The translations under genes and the position numbers were made by a program. This document shows, piece after piece, positions 54,258 to 63,653 of a stretch of DNA of 64,000 nt. Source of the DNA: Candidatus Uhrbacteria bacterium (GTDB lineage: Bacteria > Patescibacteriota > Patescibacteriia > UBA9934 > GWF2-40-263); contig JAHFIQ010000003.1 in assembly GCA_023246355.1 (NCBI GenBank), positions 85,018-149,017 of the forward strand, written 5' to 3'. Position 1 is the stretch's first letter. Every line of letters begins with the position of its first letter. Under the pieces are notes generated by a model, which saw only the letters and a program-made list of their open reading frames with translations, did no database searches and was not told where the DNA came from.

Positions 54258-55447
54258 AATCCAAGTCCAAAACTAAACAACGATCCCTTTCCTCGTGGAT
54301 TTTTTCCTGAACGCACCTCATCCCCATCACTCACCCCATCGCCGTCCGTATCAGCGCGGCCTCGATCTGTTCCATAAAACGCTTCCAAAATATCATCGAG
54401 TCCATCGCCATCTTGGTCATCGGATGCTTCGACAGTGGTGACGGGCAAGCGCGCAGTCTGCTCATCCAAGAGTGTAGCCTCGCCCAAACTTAGACTCGCT
54501 CCCGCAGACTCAGGAAACACGGCATGCAAAATATCCACAAACGAAATGGCATCAGAAGGCGCGGCGATGTCGCTCATCTCGTTGAACTTGGAAAAATCCA
54601 CGCGTGCATCAACCGGAATCAGATCCGTACTCCCCTCCTGTACAAATCCACCGGCCGCCTGCACTCGATACAGAACGTGGTCATCCATGCCGATCCAAAA
54701 CCGAAGCGTGAGTCGTGCGAGTTGCTTGGCCTGCGTGTGAGCAAGAATTCGATCTGTATCTTCTGGTTCCTTTCCTTCTTTGGCGCGAACAGCATCGAGC
54801 AGGAATGCTTCTGTTGCATCTTGATCAAACCTCCCGTCAATGATGTGGGTGTTGGTGCCATCGATGATCTCGGTAAGACCGTTATACTCGGCCACGACGA
54901 TATCGGTCAGCGCCAGCATGTAGCGAAGTCGAGTGATCGCGGCGGGATTCCAACCCGTCAGCGGCGTGATGAAGGTAAGCGGCGCCTGAAGCCCAGGCAC
55001 GATCTCACCCCAGCCTTCTATCTCTCCCTCATCAAAGACCACCCAGGTGTCACCATCAAATGACACACCTGGCACAGCAGGTCCAGGCACAGCGTAAGTC
55101 AGATACGTTTTTTCACCGATCGTCTTTACTTCACCTGAGAGATCTGTGTAATCATCGTTTTTGGAAATATGAATCACGCGAAACTCTGTATCCTGTTCTA
55201 GATTCTCGTCCTCATCAGCCTGCACATTGCCTGAGGCATACAAAGTCGTGCTCACACGTTCCCCGCCTTGCTCGCGGCTCCAGCTAAAACCGTCGTCATG
55301 GGAAAAACTCGAGAGACTCGCCATGGCAATGGCCATGCGCCGCATCTCAACCTCAGGTCGAAACTTGGTGAGCACCACGTAAGCAGCAAACGTCAAAGCC
55401 ATCACGACCACCACGCCAAGGGTTATAAATGTCAATAGGTGTTTCAT
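54254..55447 (-). CDS. membrane-anchored hypothetical protein with C-terminal calcium-binding-like DxDxDG repeats
   Basis: Start set at MKHLLTFITLGVVVVMALTF (ATG RC of 55445-55447). C-terminus DQDGDGLDD...DTDGDGVSDGDE. The track extension to 55552 runs through repeat copy C. Confidence 0.5.
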   Translation of the reverse strand: MKHLLTFITLGVVVVMALTFAAYVVLTKFRPEVEMRRMAIAMASLSSFSHDDGFSWSREQGGERVSTTLYASGNVQADEDENLEQDTEFRVIHISKNDDYTDLSGEVKTIGEKTYLTYAVPGPAVPGVSFDGDTWVVFDEGEIEGWGEIVPGLQAPLTFITPLTGWNPAAITRLRYMLALTDIVVAEYNGLTEIIDGTNTHIIDGRFDQDATEAFLLDAVRAKEGKEPEDTDRILAHTQAKQLARLTLRFWIGMDDHVLYRVQAAGGFVQEGSTDLIPVDARVDFSKFNEMSDIAAPSDAISFVDILHAVFPESAGASLSLGEATLLDEQTARLPVTTVEASDDQDGDGLDDILEAFYGTDRGRADTDGDGVSDGDEVRSGKNPRGKGSLFSFGLGL

Positions 55448-55450
55448 ACA

Positions 55451-55574
55451 GACCTTTGCAAAAATCGATGAGATTGCGATGCGCGGGGAAGCCAGCCGCC
55501 GAGACGTAGGTAATCCTACGTTGAGGTGGTGGCGGGGCCCCGCAAGTCGCAAGATCGCGAGTTTTGCAAAGGTC
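55451..55574 (+). repeat. MITE-like structured repeat, copy C (124 bp)
   Basis: GACCTTTGCAAAAATCGATGAGATTGCGATGCGCGGGGAAGCCAGCCGCCGAGACGTAG-gtaatc-CTACGTTGAGGTGGTGGCGGGGCCCCGCAAGTCGCAAGATCGCGAGTTTTGCAAAGGTC. Confidence 0.8.
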
Positions 55575-55612
55575 TATAACAAAAGAGACAGCGTTTGCTG
55601 TCTCTTATTCTA

Positions 55613-56056
55613 TCAAAGTTCGGTCACATCGTCTTCTGAAACATACCTCCCCAGGTAGACCAGATTCTCCCCTGTTTCCTCGTTGCCGATGATTCTCAAA
55701 ATTTCACCTTCTGCTGTTTGATAATCGCTCACGAGAAACGTGTCGTCGACTTCGGCCACGGATTCACCGTTGGTGTCCATGACCGTGCCAGCTTCCTCAG
55801 AGGTGAATTCGTATTCCTTCTCTTTGAGCGTGACCGTGTCGCCTTCTGGCTCGATTTCGTCGTCGATCTCTTTGAAGAAAATAAGCTCTTCGTCTTTGAG
55901 GGACACAGAGAACAGATTTCCCTCGTCATCATAGAACCAACGCAGCTTTGCGCCGTCGTCGATTTCGATTTGCGCGTGACCAACGTAGGTAAACGGATCC
56001 GTGCCAATTTTGAGTGCGTCACCTAAATGTAGTCTCCAAAGGTCTTTGATCGTCAT
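55613..56056 (-). CDS. hypothetical acidic protein (147 aa)
   Basis: ORF rich in D/E (EIDDEIEPEGDTV) with no recognised catalytic motif. Confidence 0.45.
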   Translation of the reverse strand: MTIKDLWRLHLGDALKIGTDPFTYVGHAQIEIDDGAKLRWFYDDEGNLFSVSLKDEELIFFKEIDDEIEPEGDTVTLKEKEYEFTSEEAGTVMDTNGESVAEVDDTFLVSDYQTAEGEILRIIGNEETGENLVYLGRYVSEDDVTEL

Positions 56057-56133
56057 AATGGTTCCTCCTTAAAAATACAGGAGGATTAAAACACGCCAAC
56101 GCTTTTGTGTCTACTCCTCTAGTTTTCCCCACC

Positions 56134-56158
56134 CAAGTTGGGAGCCTGGCTCCCAACT
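56134..56158 (+). promoter_or_regulatory. 25-bp perfect palindrome AAGTTGGGAGCC-T-GGCTCCCAACTT followed by a T-run
   Basis: At the low-GC/high-GC boundary. Could be a terminator-like hairpin or a dimeric protein-binding site. Confidence 0.4.
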
Positions 56159-56182
56159 TTTGGCTTATTTTAGCTACGTACC

Positions 56183-56211
56183 CTTGACAAAACCGTCAAA
56201 ATATGATATCT
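56183..56211 (+). promoter_or_regulatory. sigma70-like promoter (TTGACA-17-TATCTT) for the high-GC gene at 56306
   Basis: cccTTGACAaaaccgtcaaaatatgaTATCTTac; TTGAC...GTCAA also forms a small palindrome. Confidence 0.45.
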
Positions 56212-56305
56212 TACTCGCCTCAGAATGTGGCGGGTTATCTGAGTGACGGACAGAAGTCACTGAGACCACCCGCTGCTTCTGCAGCACTTTTCCCAGGAGT
56301 ACATC

Positions 56306-56986
56306 TTGTCTGTTCCCCAACTCAAGCCGCCGTTCGCGCGCGTCTTCCTGATGATCCGCATCAACCCGCGGAAGGTCAGCCGCTTCGAGCAAGCCGGCAT
56401 CCGTATCGTCCGGCGCACGGCCGAGCGTGACGAGGCCATCCGTGCGAGGCATGCCGAGCAGGTCGGCGAGGAGAAGTACGAACGGTTCGGACTCCGGCAG
56501 GACGCGGAGGGCAACCTTCGCGGCCACTCGGGAGAACCCGTGTTCGGCTTCAACCGCAAGGGCATCCCCCACGAAGCGATCAAGCTGTTCCACCTCCACG
56601 ACGACCTCCAGACGGCCGGCTACAGGCTGATCCGGATGGAGATCGTGATCAAGCCGCGCACGGAGGAGAACAAGCTCGAGAAGAAGCCCGACATGGGCGT
56701 GCTGGTCCTGGCCTACGAGCAGGAAGGCACGGAGGTCGCCCTCACGCAGCTTCAGCTCCAGATGCTCGGCAACGAGCTCTCACGCTACTTCCAACACGTC
56801 CACGTCTGGGACAACAGGGACGCCGACGGCTCTGCCGCGGTGAACCCGTCCCACGTGGTCGAGGAGAAGGACGAGGGGAAGCTCACCGACCCGCGCCTGC
56901 TGCGCCTCCAGATCCTCGACAGCGGGGAGCCGGAGTGGATCAACGAGCCCGAGGCGGCCCCTGCCGCGATGGCCGCCAACGGCTAG
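56306..56986 (+). CDS. hypothetical protein (226 aa), high-GC (~65%) island gene
   Basis: ORF with strongly GC3-biased codons (CTG, GGC, GAG, AAG, GAC), unlike the core genes. No family assigned. An alternative start exists at MIRINPRKV. Confidence 0.5.
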   Translation: MSVPQLKPPFARVFLMIRINPRKVSRFEQAGIRIVRRTAERDEAIRARHAEQVGEEKYERFGLRQDAEGNLRGHSGEPVFGFNRKGIPHEAIKLFHLHDDLQTAGYRLIRMEIVIKPRTEENKLEKKPDMGVLVLAYEQEGTEVALTQLQLQMLGNELSRYFQHVHVWDNRDADGSAAVNPSHVVEEKDEGKLTDPRLLRLQILDSGEPEWINEPEAAPAAMAANG

Positions 56987-57005
56987 CAACGCACTGCCCC
57001 GTGCG

Positions 57006-57070
57006 AAGAAGAGTCCCCGCGTGATTTCGATCACCGGAAACGAGACTCGACTTCGCGCGGGGCTCTTCTT
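57006..57070. other. 15-bp perfect inverted repeat (AAGAAGAGTCCCCGCG ... CGCGGGGCTCTTCTT) between convergent island genes
   Basis: Stem with a 34-nt loop. Possible bidirectional terminator. Confidence 0.4.
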
Positions 57071-57081
57071 ATCCAAAAAAT

Positions 57082-57627
57082 CTACCGTCGATACAAAAAG
57101 ACATTCGGCTGACCTTGTGCCATATCGATGACGTCATCTTCCCAACCATCGATCGGCCAAACATAACTCACGACTCTGGCTCCTGGTTTCAATTCCGCTT
57201 CCAGCTTTGGACGGATTTTTTTGTAGGCCGCGGGCATGAGAAATAGATAAACCACGTCGTAATCTGAGAGGGGGTGCTTGAATACATTTCCAAGGACGAT
57301 TTCAGGAAAAGTGACGATCGCAAAATTTTGAAACTTTTTTTGCGATCGCAAAAAGGCCACCTGCATTTTTGCGATCGTCCACTGGAGCAGGGACAACTCC
57401 ACTCCCACGATCCTTCCTGCCTGAGTCGTTTGTGCTAGATGCCGACAGACGCGTCCATTCCCACAGCCAAGCTCCACAAACATTTCCCCTGGTTGCAGAG
57501 CTACCAACCGCTCGATTCGTTTCAAATCCTTCTTCCACGTCGGCACCCACGGCGCGCCTTGGGTACTGGCATAAGCAACAGAGGCAAGAAGAATCAACCC
57601 GAGACTCAACAAAATATTTGGAACCAT
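57082..57627 (-). CDS. class I SAM-dependent methyltransferase with N-terminal signal/TM segment
   Basis: Motif I VELGCGNGRV. Start set at MVPNILLSLGLILLASVAYA. High GC. Confidence 0.65.
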   Translation of the reverse strand: MVPNILLSLGLILLASVAYASTQGAPWVPTWKKDLKRIERLVALQPGEMFVELGCGNGRVCRHLAQTTQAGRIVGVELSLLQWTIAKMQVAFLRSQKKFQNFAIVTFPEIVLGNVFKHPLSDYDVVYLFLMPAAYKKIRPKLEAELKPGARVVSYVWPIDGWEDDVIDMAQGQPNVFLYRR

Positions 57628-57659
57628 ACGACAACAAGTATAACAAAAAACCGCCGCGA

Positions 57660-58610
57660 CTACTCGCGACGGATGACGTTGACGTCGAACCCGAAGATGT
57701 CTCGTTCTCCTCGTGTGGCAGCGATGCCATCCTCGTCTGCAACCGCCGTCACGCAGTGCCACAAAGGGCTGCCCTTGTCTGCGTGGAAAATGCCCAGACC
57801 TGGGGTAAGTGTGAGATCCAGCAAGTGCGTCTGCTTGTCGGCTCCGGTGATGTAGCTCACTCCACCGACCACTCCTTCTCGCACCACAACGAGTGCTGAG
57901 ACGATGTAGTCGGCGCCGTCTTGATGCAATCCCTCAGGCGCATTGCTGCGCGCTTCACCAGGTCGAGCCAGAAGCCCCATCTGATGAAACGTGATCTCGA
58001 GGTCTTGAATGACGCGGCCTTGATCCCCCTCGGCATCCTCGGTCATCTCAGCAACAGCGATGACGAGACGATGAAACTCGACATGCTCCACCAGCTCGGC
58101 AGCCGTGGGATCGAAGATGCGTTCGATCGTGCGAGGATCGCTTCCACCCACCTCTTGGGTAAACCCGTGACACTCGGTTCTGACCACATGCCACTGCGCA
58201 TCCCAGTTTCCCGTCGCCCGGTTGGTGAGATGAAATCTCGCGATCGACCGTCGTCGATAGGAACGAATCCGCTCGAAGCGAATCTGATCCTGCGTTGGCA
58301 GTCGACGGAAGTACGGAATGAGGTCAATGACGTTTCCCTCCTGTGCAAAGTAGCTGGGGAGGAAACGGTCAAACCACGGCGCGTCAGCAGGAAAACGTTC
58401 CCGAAGAAACGCGACCTGCTCACGTTTCACATCATAGAGATCCCACGAAAGCCTTTGAAAGCTTGGCGCGAGATCTCGGAGAAACCGCTCAGGGTGAACC
58501 CCGATGCCTTCCAGGTTGAACACGCGAATGGGATGTGTGATCACCACGCCGCGTGCTCTTGCAATCTCTTCCTCTGTCAGCACGTACCTGATCCCAGATT
58601 GGCGTTCCAT
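57660..58610 (-). CDS. 2OG-Fe(II) oxygenase-like/cupin-type protein (putative)
   Basis: HQDGADYIVSALVV (HxD) plus downstream WHCV His, suggesting a 2-His-1-carboxylate facial triad. Start set at MERQSGIRYV. Family assignment tentative. Confidence 0.4.
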   Translation of the reverse strand: MERQSGIRYVLTEEEIARARGVVITHPIRVFNLEGIGVHPERFLRDLAPSFQRLSWDLYDVKREQVAFLRERFPADAPWFDRFLPSYFAQEGNVIDLIPYFRRLPTQDQIRFERIRSYRRRSIARFHLTNRATGNWDAQWHVVRTECHGFTQEVGGSDPRTIERIFDPTAAELVEHVEFHRLVIAVAEMTEDAEGDQGRVIQDLEITFHQMGLLARPGEARSNAPEGLHQDGADYIVSALVVVREGVVGGVSYITGADKQTHLLDLTLTPGLGIFHADKGSPLWHCVTAVADEDGIAATRGERDIFGFDVNVIRRE

Positions 58611-58618
58611 GATTCCTC

Positions 58619-60568
58619 CTACCTCGGCGCGCGGCCATCGAGTTCCATCTGGCGGATCTCGGCCATCCATTTCACCTTGAGGGCTTTGGCCTCTGCCTTG
58701 GTCATCTCAGTACCTCCTGGCAGCAAGGCCTTCACCGTACAGTTCACCAGCGCCTGAAGCGTCTGGTAGCGACGAGTGTCCTCGATGTCAGAAGGAAGTC
58801 GGTCTTCTATGAGTCCGATCACCTCTTCCACCGTGAGCCCGTCTTCGTCGGCGGCGGCAGTGAGATCCGCACGCAGCGAACCGAAGTCGGCTGCTGAGTA
58901 TCCTTCCGTGGCCGCACACAGCGCTTTCCACGGCTCCCCATGCATGGCGATCTCCGGGAGAACCGGCTTGATCGCCCACAGGATGAATGCATCCCGATCT
59001 GCGCCTACCGCATCCAGCACAGGAATGATGAGATCACCGGCGCGTCCAGGTCGCCGCATGTCTGGCGACAAGTCCTGGATCCGTGCCGTCATGAGGCACC
59101 ACACGACTTTTCCACGCAGCTTGGGATCGCTCATCCACTTCTGGAATTCACCGGTGAGCCGACGTTCGGTCTCGTGGGTATCAGCACCAACGCCACCAAA
59201 CACCGTGTCAGCTTCGTCCACAAACGGCATGGCACGATCGAGACTCGTGAGAACCCGGTACAAACGCTCCAGCATGATGTCGGTTTCCCCGAACCACTTG
59301 CTGCGAAGGTTGCCCAGCTCCAGCACGACCATTCCCAGTTCAGCCGCGAACGCCTCGAAGATGAAGCTCTTGCCACCGCCGATGGGACCTGAGACCCCGA
59401 AACCTGAGATCGCCTTTTTTCCTCCCGCCTTGATGCGCGGGAGAATTTTCGTGGTCAAAAACACGACCAAATCCGTTGCCCCAACCACATCCTTCAGTCG
59501 ATGCGCCGGCTTCTTGAACTTCACGACGCCTTCGCCCAACTGCGAGATGATGTAGGCCTCCACACGAGAGAGCACATGAGAAGGATCGAGGATCTGACCG
59601 TCGTAGACGTTGCCCATCAACATCTGCCGCAGAGCATGGATCGTGAGACCCGCAGAGAGCTCCGAGAGTTCTGCCTGTGTCCCCCAAAGCTTGATCTTGT
59701 TTCCTTCCTCCTGGTTACGGTTGAACCAGGTGATGAAGTGGCTTCGCGCTTCGGTGTTGGGACTGGGAATCGCCACACGCAAGACTTGCGGCAGCTTGAC
59801 CACGCGATGATTCACGCTTGCAGCTGACTCGGCGATCAAGACCACGGAGTCCTGTGCATGGAGAAACTCCGGATCCGAGAACCAGCTTTGGCAGATCATC
59901 ACTCGATGACGATCCGCCTCGTTGAGACTCGTGATCTGTCCTTCAGGAATGATCGTGTCCGCGCGCTCGATCAGAATCACCAGTCGCCTGCCATACAAGG
60001 CATCGCCCTGCACGGCCGCACGAGAAACCTTGCACATCTCGGCAAGCAGGGTGAGAGCCACCGCAGGTTTGCCCATTACGCGGGTGAGGTACTCGTCGAA
60101 TTCTGGTCCGGACGCCGCGAGCTTCTTGGCCTCTTCGCCGTGAGAGAGCATGCGCCGAATCGCCAGATCATCCGCGGATAGCCCGGTCTGCTGCTTCACC
60201 CAATCAGTCCTCATGGCCTCACGGTCGCTTTCGCGAGCAAATCGGATGGGACCATTGAGACTATAGGTCAGAAGCACCACACTCTCGGGCTTCCCCCAAT
60301 GCGCCCTGAGATTGTCGGCGATTGGGACGTAGCGCCCGAACTCGCTGTCTTGAGACAGGGTGGGTGGAAGCCAGAACAGGTCCTCGACATTGCCGGTGAG
60401 CACAATCGTGCGGGCAGAACCCGCATTCAAGATGTCCGCCGCCTCGCGACGCCAGGGGTATTCCAGATGGGGAATGGACATGAATCCTCCAGAGAACTTG
60501 TCTTCGGACGACGAATCATTCGTCGTCCAGAGAAAAGGGTCGATGTGAAATCGACCGGTGAGCGACAC
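58619..60568 (-). CDS. classic-clade AAA ATPase with a ~370-aa N-terminal domain of unknown function
   Basis: C-terminal module GVSGPIGGGKSFIFEAFAAELG...LRSKWFGETD...PFVDEADTVFGG...TARIQDLSPDMRRPGRAGD follows the CDC48/FtsH-type AAA consensus (Walker A/B, SRH-like, Arg finger). Confidence 0.8.
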   Translation of the reverse strand: MSLTGRFHIDPFLWTTNDSSSEDKFSGGFMSIPHLEYPWRREAADILNAGSARTIVLTGNVEDLFWLPPTLSQDSEFGRYVPIADNLRAHWGKPESVVLLTYSLNGPIRFARESDREAMRTDWVKQQTGLSADDLAIRRMLSHGEEAKKLAASGPEFDEYLTRVMGKPAVALTLLAEMCKVSRAAVQGDALYGRRLVILIERADTIIPEGQITSLNEADRHRVMICQSWFSDPEFLHAQDSVVLIAESAASVNHRVVKLPQVLRVAIPSPNTEARSHFITWFNRNQEEGNKIKLWGTQAELSELSAGLTIHALRQMLMGNVYDGQILDPSHVLSRVEAYIISQLGEGVVKFKKPAHRLKDVVGATDLVVFLTTKILPRIKAGGKKAISGFGVSGPIGGGKSFIFEAFAAELGMVVLELGNLRSKWFGETDIMLERLYRVLTSLDRAMPFVDEADTVFGGVGADTHETERRLTGEFQKWMSDPKLRGKVVWCLMTARIQDLSPDMRRPGRAGDLIIPVLDAVGADRDAFILWAIKPVLPEIAMHGEPWKALCAATEGYSAADFGSLRADLTAAADEDGLTVEEVIGLIEDRLPSDIEDTRRYQTLQALVNCTVKALLPGGTEMTKAEAKALKVKWMAEIRQMELDGRAPR

Positions 60569-60579
60569 GGGATCCGTGT

Positions 60580-61527
60580 CTATGAGCGAGGGGCGAGAAC
60601 CCCCTCGGCTTGGCCTTGTGCAACCGTTTCCCAGAACGTGCGGTGTTCATGGGGATCGAGATCCCGCCCATCGAAGACGATCTCGTAGAGCTCCTCAGCT
60701 TGGTGCGTGATGCGACCGTTCCTGATCGGATCAGACGCGTGGAAGACGGGCGCGGCCTTGTCGTAGACCACACGCGCTCCTCGACCATCTCGTCCCTTCC
60801 AATGCTTGGAAAGGCCGATCACACGATCGCCGACATGCACAGCTTCTTCCAATTGATGGGTGACCATGATGACCGTGTGCGGAGGTTCCCCTCCTTCCTG
60901 AACAGCCTTCATGTTTTCGTCATAGAGATCCAGCAAGACCCGACGTGCGTCGTGGCGCGTTTCCTCGTCGAGGGCTCCGAAGGGCTCATCCAGAAGCAGA
61001 ATCTCCGGCTGCATGATGAGTGCCCTGGCAATCGCGACACGTTGCCGCTGACCACCAGAGAGCTGATGGGGAAACTTGTGCGTATGGCCTGCAAGACCAA
61101 GGCGCGCAAGCATCGCTTCACTTGCTTCCAGTTGTGCTTTGCGTGCCCGACGCCAGGAGCCGGTGATCGATCCCACCAGCCTTGCGGGAATGGTTGTGCT
61201 CCCCAGCATGAGGCCCAGAGCCACATTGTGAAGCGCACTCAGATGCGGGTACAGCGAGTACTCCTGGTACACCATGCCGCGGTCCGGTCCATGGCCCTGC
61301 ACCTCGTAGCTCTCTCCGGCTCGCGTGAGTAGGATTCTCCCGGACGTGGGTTCATGCGTCCCAACGATCATGTTGAGCAGCGTGGACTTTCCACAGCCGG
61401 AGGAGCCGACCATGGCCACGATCTGACCGCGAGCGATCTTCACGTTGATGCCGGTGAGCACCTGCGTGGCTCCAAATGCCTTGTGAACATCCACACAATC
61501 CAGGGCGACCTGGTAGCGAGCTTCCAT
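60580..61527 (-). CDS. ABC transporter ATP-binding protein (NitT/TauT-type importer)
   Basis: GSSGCGKST Walker A, LSGGQRQRVAIARAL signature and LLLDEPFGALD Walker B. Start ATG overlaps the permease stop (ATGA). Confidence 0.9.
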   Translation of the reverse strand: MEARYQVALDCVDVHKAFGATQVLTGINVKIARGQIVAMVGSSGCGKSTLLNMIVGTHEPTSGRILLTRAGESYEVQGHGPDRGMVYQEYSLYPHLSALHNVALGLMLGSTTIPARLVGSITGSWRRARKAQLEASEAMLARLGLAGHTHKFPHQLSGGQRQRVAIARALIMQPEILLLDEPFGALDEETRHDARRVLLDLYDENMKAVQEGGEPPHTVIMVTHQLEEAVHVGDRVIGLSKHWKGRDGRGARVVYDKAAPVFHASDPIRNGRITHQAEELYEIVFDGRDLDPHEHRTFWETVAQGQAEGVLAPRS

Positions 61528-62366
61528 CACTGTCCCTCCCGGACATACCAGGGGCAGAGCAGCCGCTGGACTTGGTTGAAAAACACTTGGATCCCGATTC
61601 CCATGAACCCGAGGGCCATGAGATACGGAATCACCACGTCCATGCGAGCCGATCGGTACAGACGCAGGAAGCGATAGCCATAGCCCGCCTGTCCTGCAAC
61701 CCATTCGGTTGCGACCAGCAAGATGAGGGCCAGCCCCACACTTGCTCGAATGGCATCGATGATCTGGGGAAGCACCTGCCAAAACAGGATGCTCCAGACA
61801 ATCTCTTGGTTGCTGGCGCCAAGCGTCTTGGCACTGAAGATGTGTTCGTCGTGCACTTCGCGCACCGCGGCGTAGACCCTGCCGGCAATCACTGGCAAAA
61901 TCCCGAACACGATGACCGCGGCAAACATCTTGAACTCGAACCCGAACAGGGTGATGAACACGACCATGGCGACATTGGGAACGATGTTCTCCTCGAAGTT
62001 GAGAAGGCGTCCCCACATGCTTTCGGCCGCGACATAGGTTCCCATGTAGAGCCCCAGCACCACTCCCAGAACACTGGCGATCCCGATCGCTGGCACGAGC
62101 CGGGCGTAGGAATCGATCGTGTCCTTCAAGAGGACATAGTCACCGCTCTTGGGATCCTTCCACATCTCGCCCACGCCGTGGAACAACTTGCCCCACGTCG
62201 GAATCAGCGTGTTGTCGCCCAGGTAGGCCAGAGCCGTGTAGGCGGTAAGGATGAGGAGAATCGCCAGGGCGAAGTAGCAACGAGAGAGCCAGGCAGGCAG
62301 ACTCTCGCGCATGGTGAAGGTGGCGCGAATGTAGTCACGCCAAGAGCGCGTACGAATCTGGTCCAT
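61527..62366 (-). CDS. ABC transporter permease (NitT/TauT family)
   Basis: 6-TM binding-protein-dependent permease with an EAA-like loop region. Start set at MDQIRTRSW. Confidence 0.8.
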   Translation of the reverse strand: MDQIRTRSWRDYIRATFTMRESLPAWLSRCYFALAILLILTAYTALAYLGDNTLIPTWGKLFHGVGEMWKDPKSGDYVLLKDTIDSYARLVPAIGIASVLGVVLGLYMGTYVAAESMWGRLLNFEENIVPNVAMVVFITLFGFEFKMFAAVIVFGILPVIAGRVYAAVREVHDEHIFSAKTLGASNQEIVWSILFWQVLPQIIDAIRASVGLALILLVATEWVAGQAGYGYRFLRLYRSARMDVVIPYLMALGFMGIGIQVFFNQVQRLLCPWYVREGQ

Positions 62367-62471
62367 GGTGGACTCCGTGGAAAAAACGTCTCTTCGGATG
62401 ACGACCATCGTCATCCAGAGAAAAGGGTCGACGCACCTGGCTTCAAGAGCCAGGGGTCGACCTGAGTGCGG

Positions 62472-63653
62472 CTAGCGCACGAGCGACGTGTCGAAGCGCA
62501 GCAGCGCGGTGGGAGCGGACTCCTTCGTGCCCCAGGCCATGGGGATCGCGTCCACGGAATCCACGAGCTTGTGGACGACCGAGAACTCCTGCACGAGCGG
62601 CATGTTGGCGCGGAACGTCGGCGAGTCCAGCACATCCGCGTCGTTGGGACCCATCATGTGGGTCAGCTCCATGGAGCGGCCGATTGCGCCGTTGTCCAGG
62701 TCGTTGAACTGCGGGCTGATGGCCCGGTAGGTCTGTGCCTGCTGCGAGGGATCCCGACTGCGAGCGGTCATGCTCTGCATGGCCAGCCCCAGGACCCGCA
62801 CACCTTCACGTCCGCCGGCTCGATCGAGCGCCTTCTGGCCCACCACCAACATGTCGGTGATCTCGTAGTCCTGGAGCATCGAGCTGTTGAACAGGTCGCG
62901 CACATCGTCGGCTTTGTCCTCGTTGCCGTTTCGGGTATCCAGGACCGTGAAGGTCTCCGGACTCCATCCACCGAAGGCGCGCAGCGCCGGATCTTGGCGA
63001 CCCGCGAACTGCGTGGAACCCACGACCGGGTCGAGGTTCACGAACGTGTAGTCGGATCCGTAGCGGCCGGCCACGTTGTTCACGGTGCAGGCACGCCAGT
63101 ACAGGTACTGGGTGACCGAGAACTCGGCGCCGTGCACGGGCACGCCCGCGAGGTCTGCCCAGGTTGCGATCTCATCTTCCACGAGGATCTTGTCCGCGCC
63201 GTCCGACCAGGAGGTCGGAAACACGGCCACGGTTGCGTCCCCGCTGCTCTTCTTGCGCTCACCGGCAACCGCGAAGGCGTCGGTGTTGGTGATGAGCAGC
63301 GCGTCCACGGTCCCGGCGCCGTACACGCCGAAGGACTGCACGTAGTCCATGCGCTGGAGCACGACATCCACGCCGTTGTCCCGTTCGAACTGGCCCTGCC
63401 AGCCCTGCCGGTTGTCGATGTAGCCGAAGGCCTCGGCACTCGCCAGAGCCGACCACGAGGTGTAGGGCGACCAGGCGAGCGTGAAGACCGGCGTCCCTGC
63501 GGGCGCTTCGGTCTTCTGCGCGAGAGGATTGGCCGCGCTGCTGGGCTGAACGGTCACCTCCGGAGGGGAACCGATTCCGTCACTGGGACCCGAATTGCGG
63601 TTGTCCTGGCTGGCGCAGGCGATGAGCATGATGAGAGGAACGAGGGGAAGCAT
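62472..63653 (-). CDS. ABC transporter substrate-binding lipoprotein
   Basis: Signal peptide with lipobox LIMLIACASQ. Periplasmic-binding-protein-size mature domain. Start set at MLPLVPLIML. Confidence 0.75.
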   Translation of the reverse strand: MLPLVPLIMLIACASQDNRNSGPSDGIGSPPEVTVQPSSAANPLAQKTEAPAGTPVFTLAWSPYTSWSALASAEAFGYIDNRQGWQGQFERDNGVDVVLQRMDYVQSFGVYGAGTVDALLITNTDAFAVAGERKKSSGDATVAVFPTSWSDGADKILVEDEIATWADLAGVPVHGAEFSVTQYLYWRACTVNNVAGRYGSDYTFVNLDPVVGSTQFAGRQDPALRAFGGWSPETFTVLDTRNGNEDKADDVRDLFNSSMLQDYEITDMLVVGQKALDRAGGREGVRVLGLAMQSMTARSRDPSQQAQTYRAISPQFNDLDNGAIGRSMELTHMMGPNDADVLDSPTFRANMPLVQEFSVVHKLVDSVDAIPMAWGTKESAPTALLRFDTSLVR

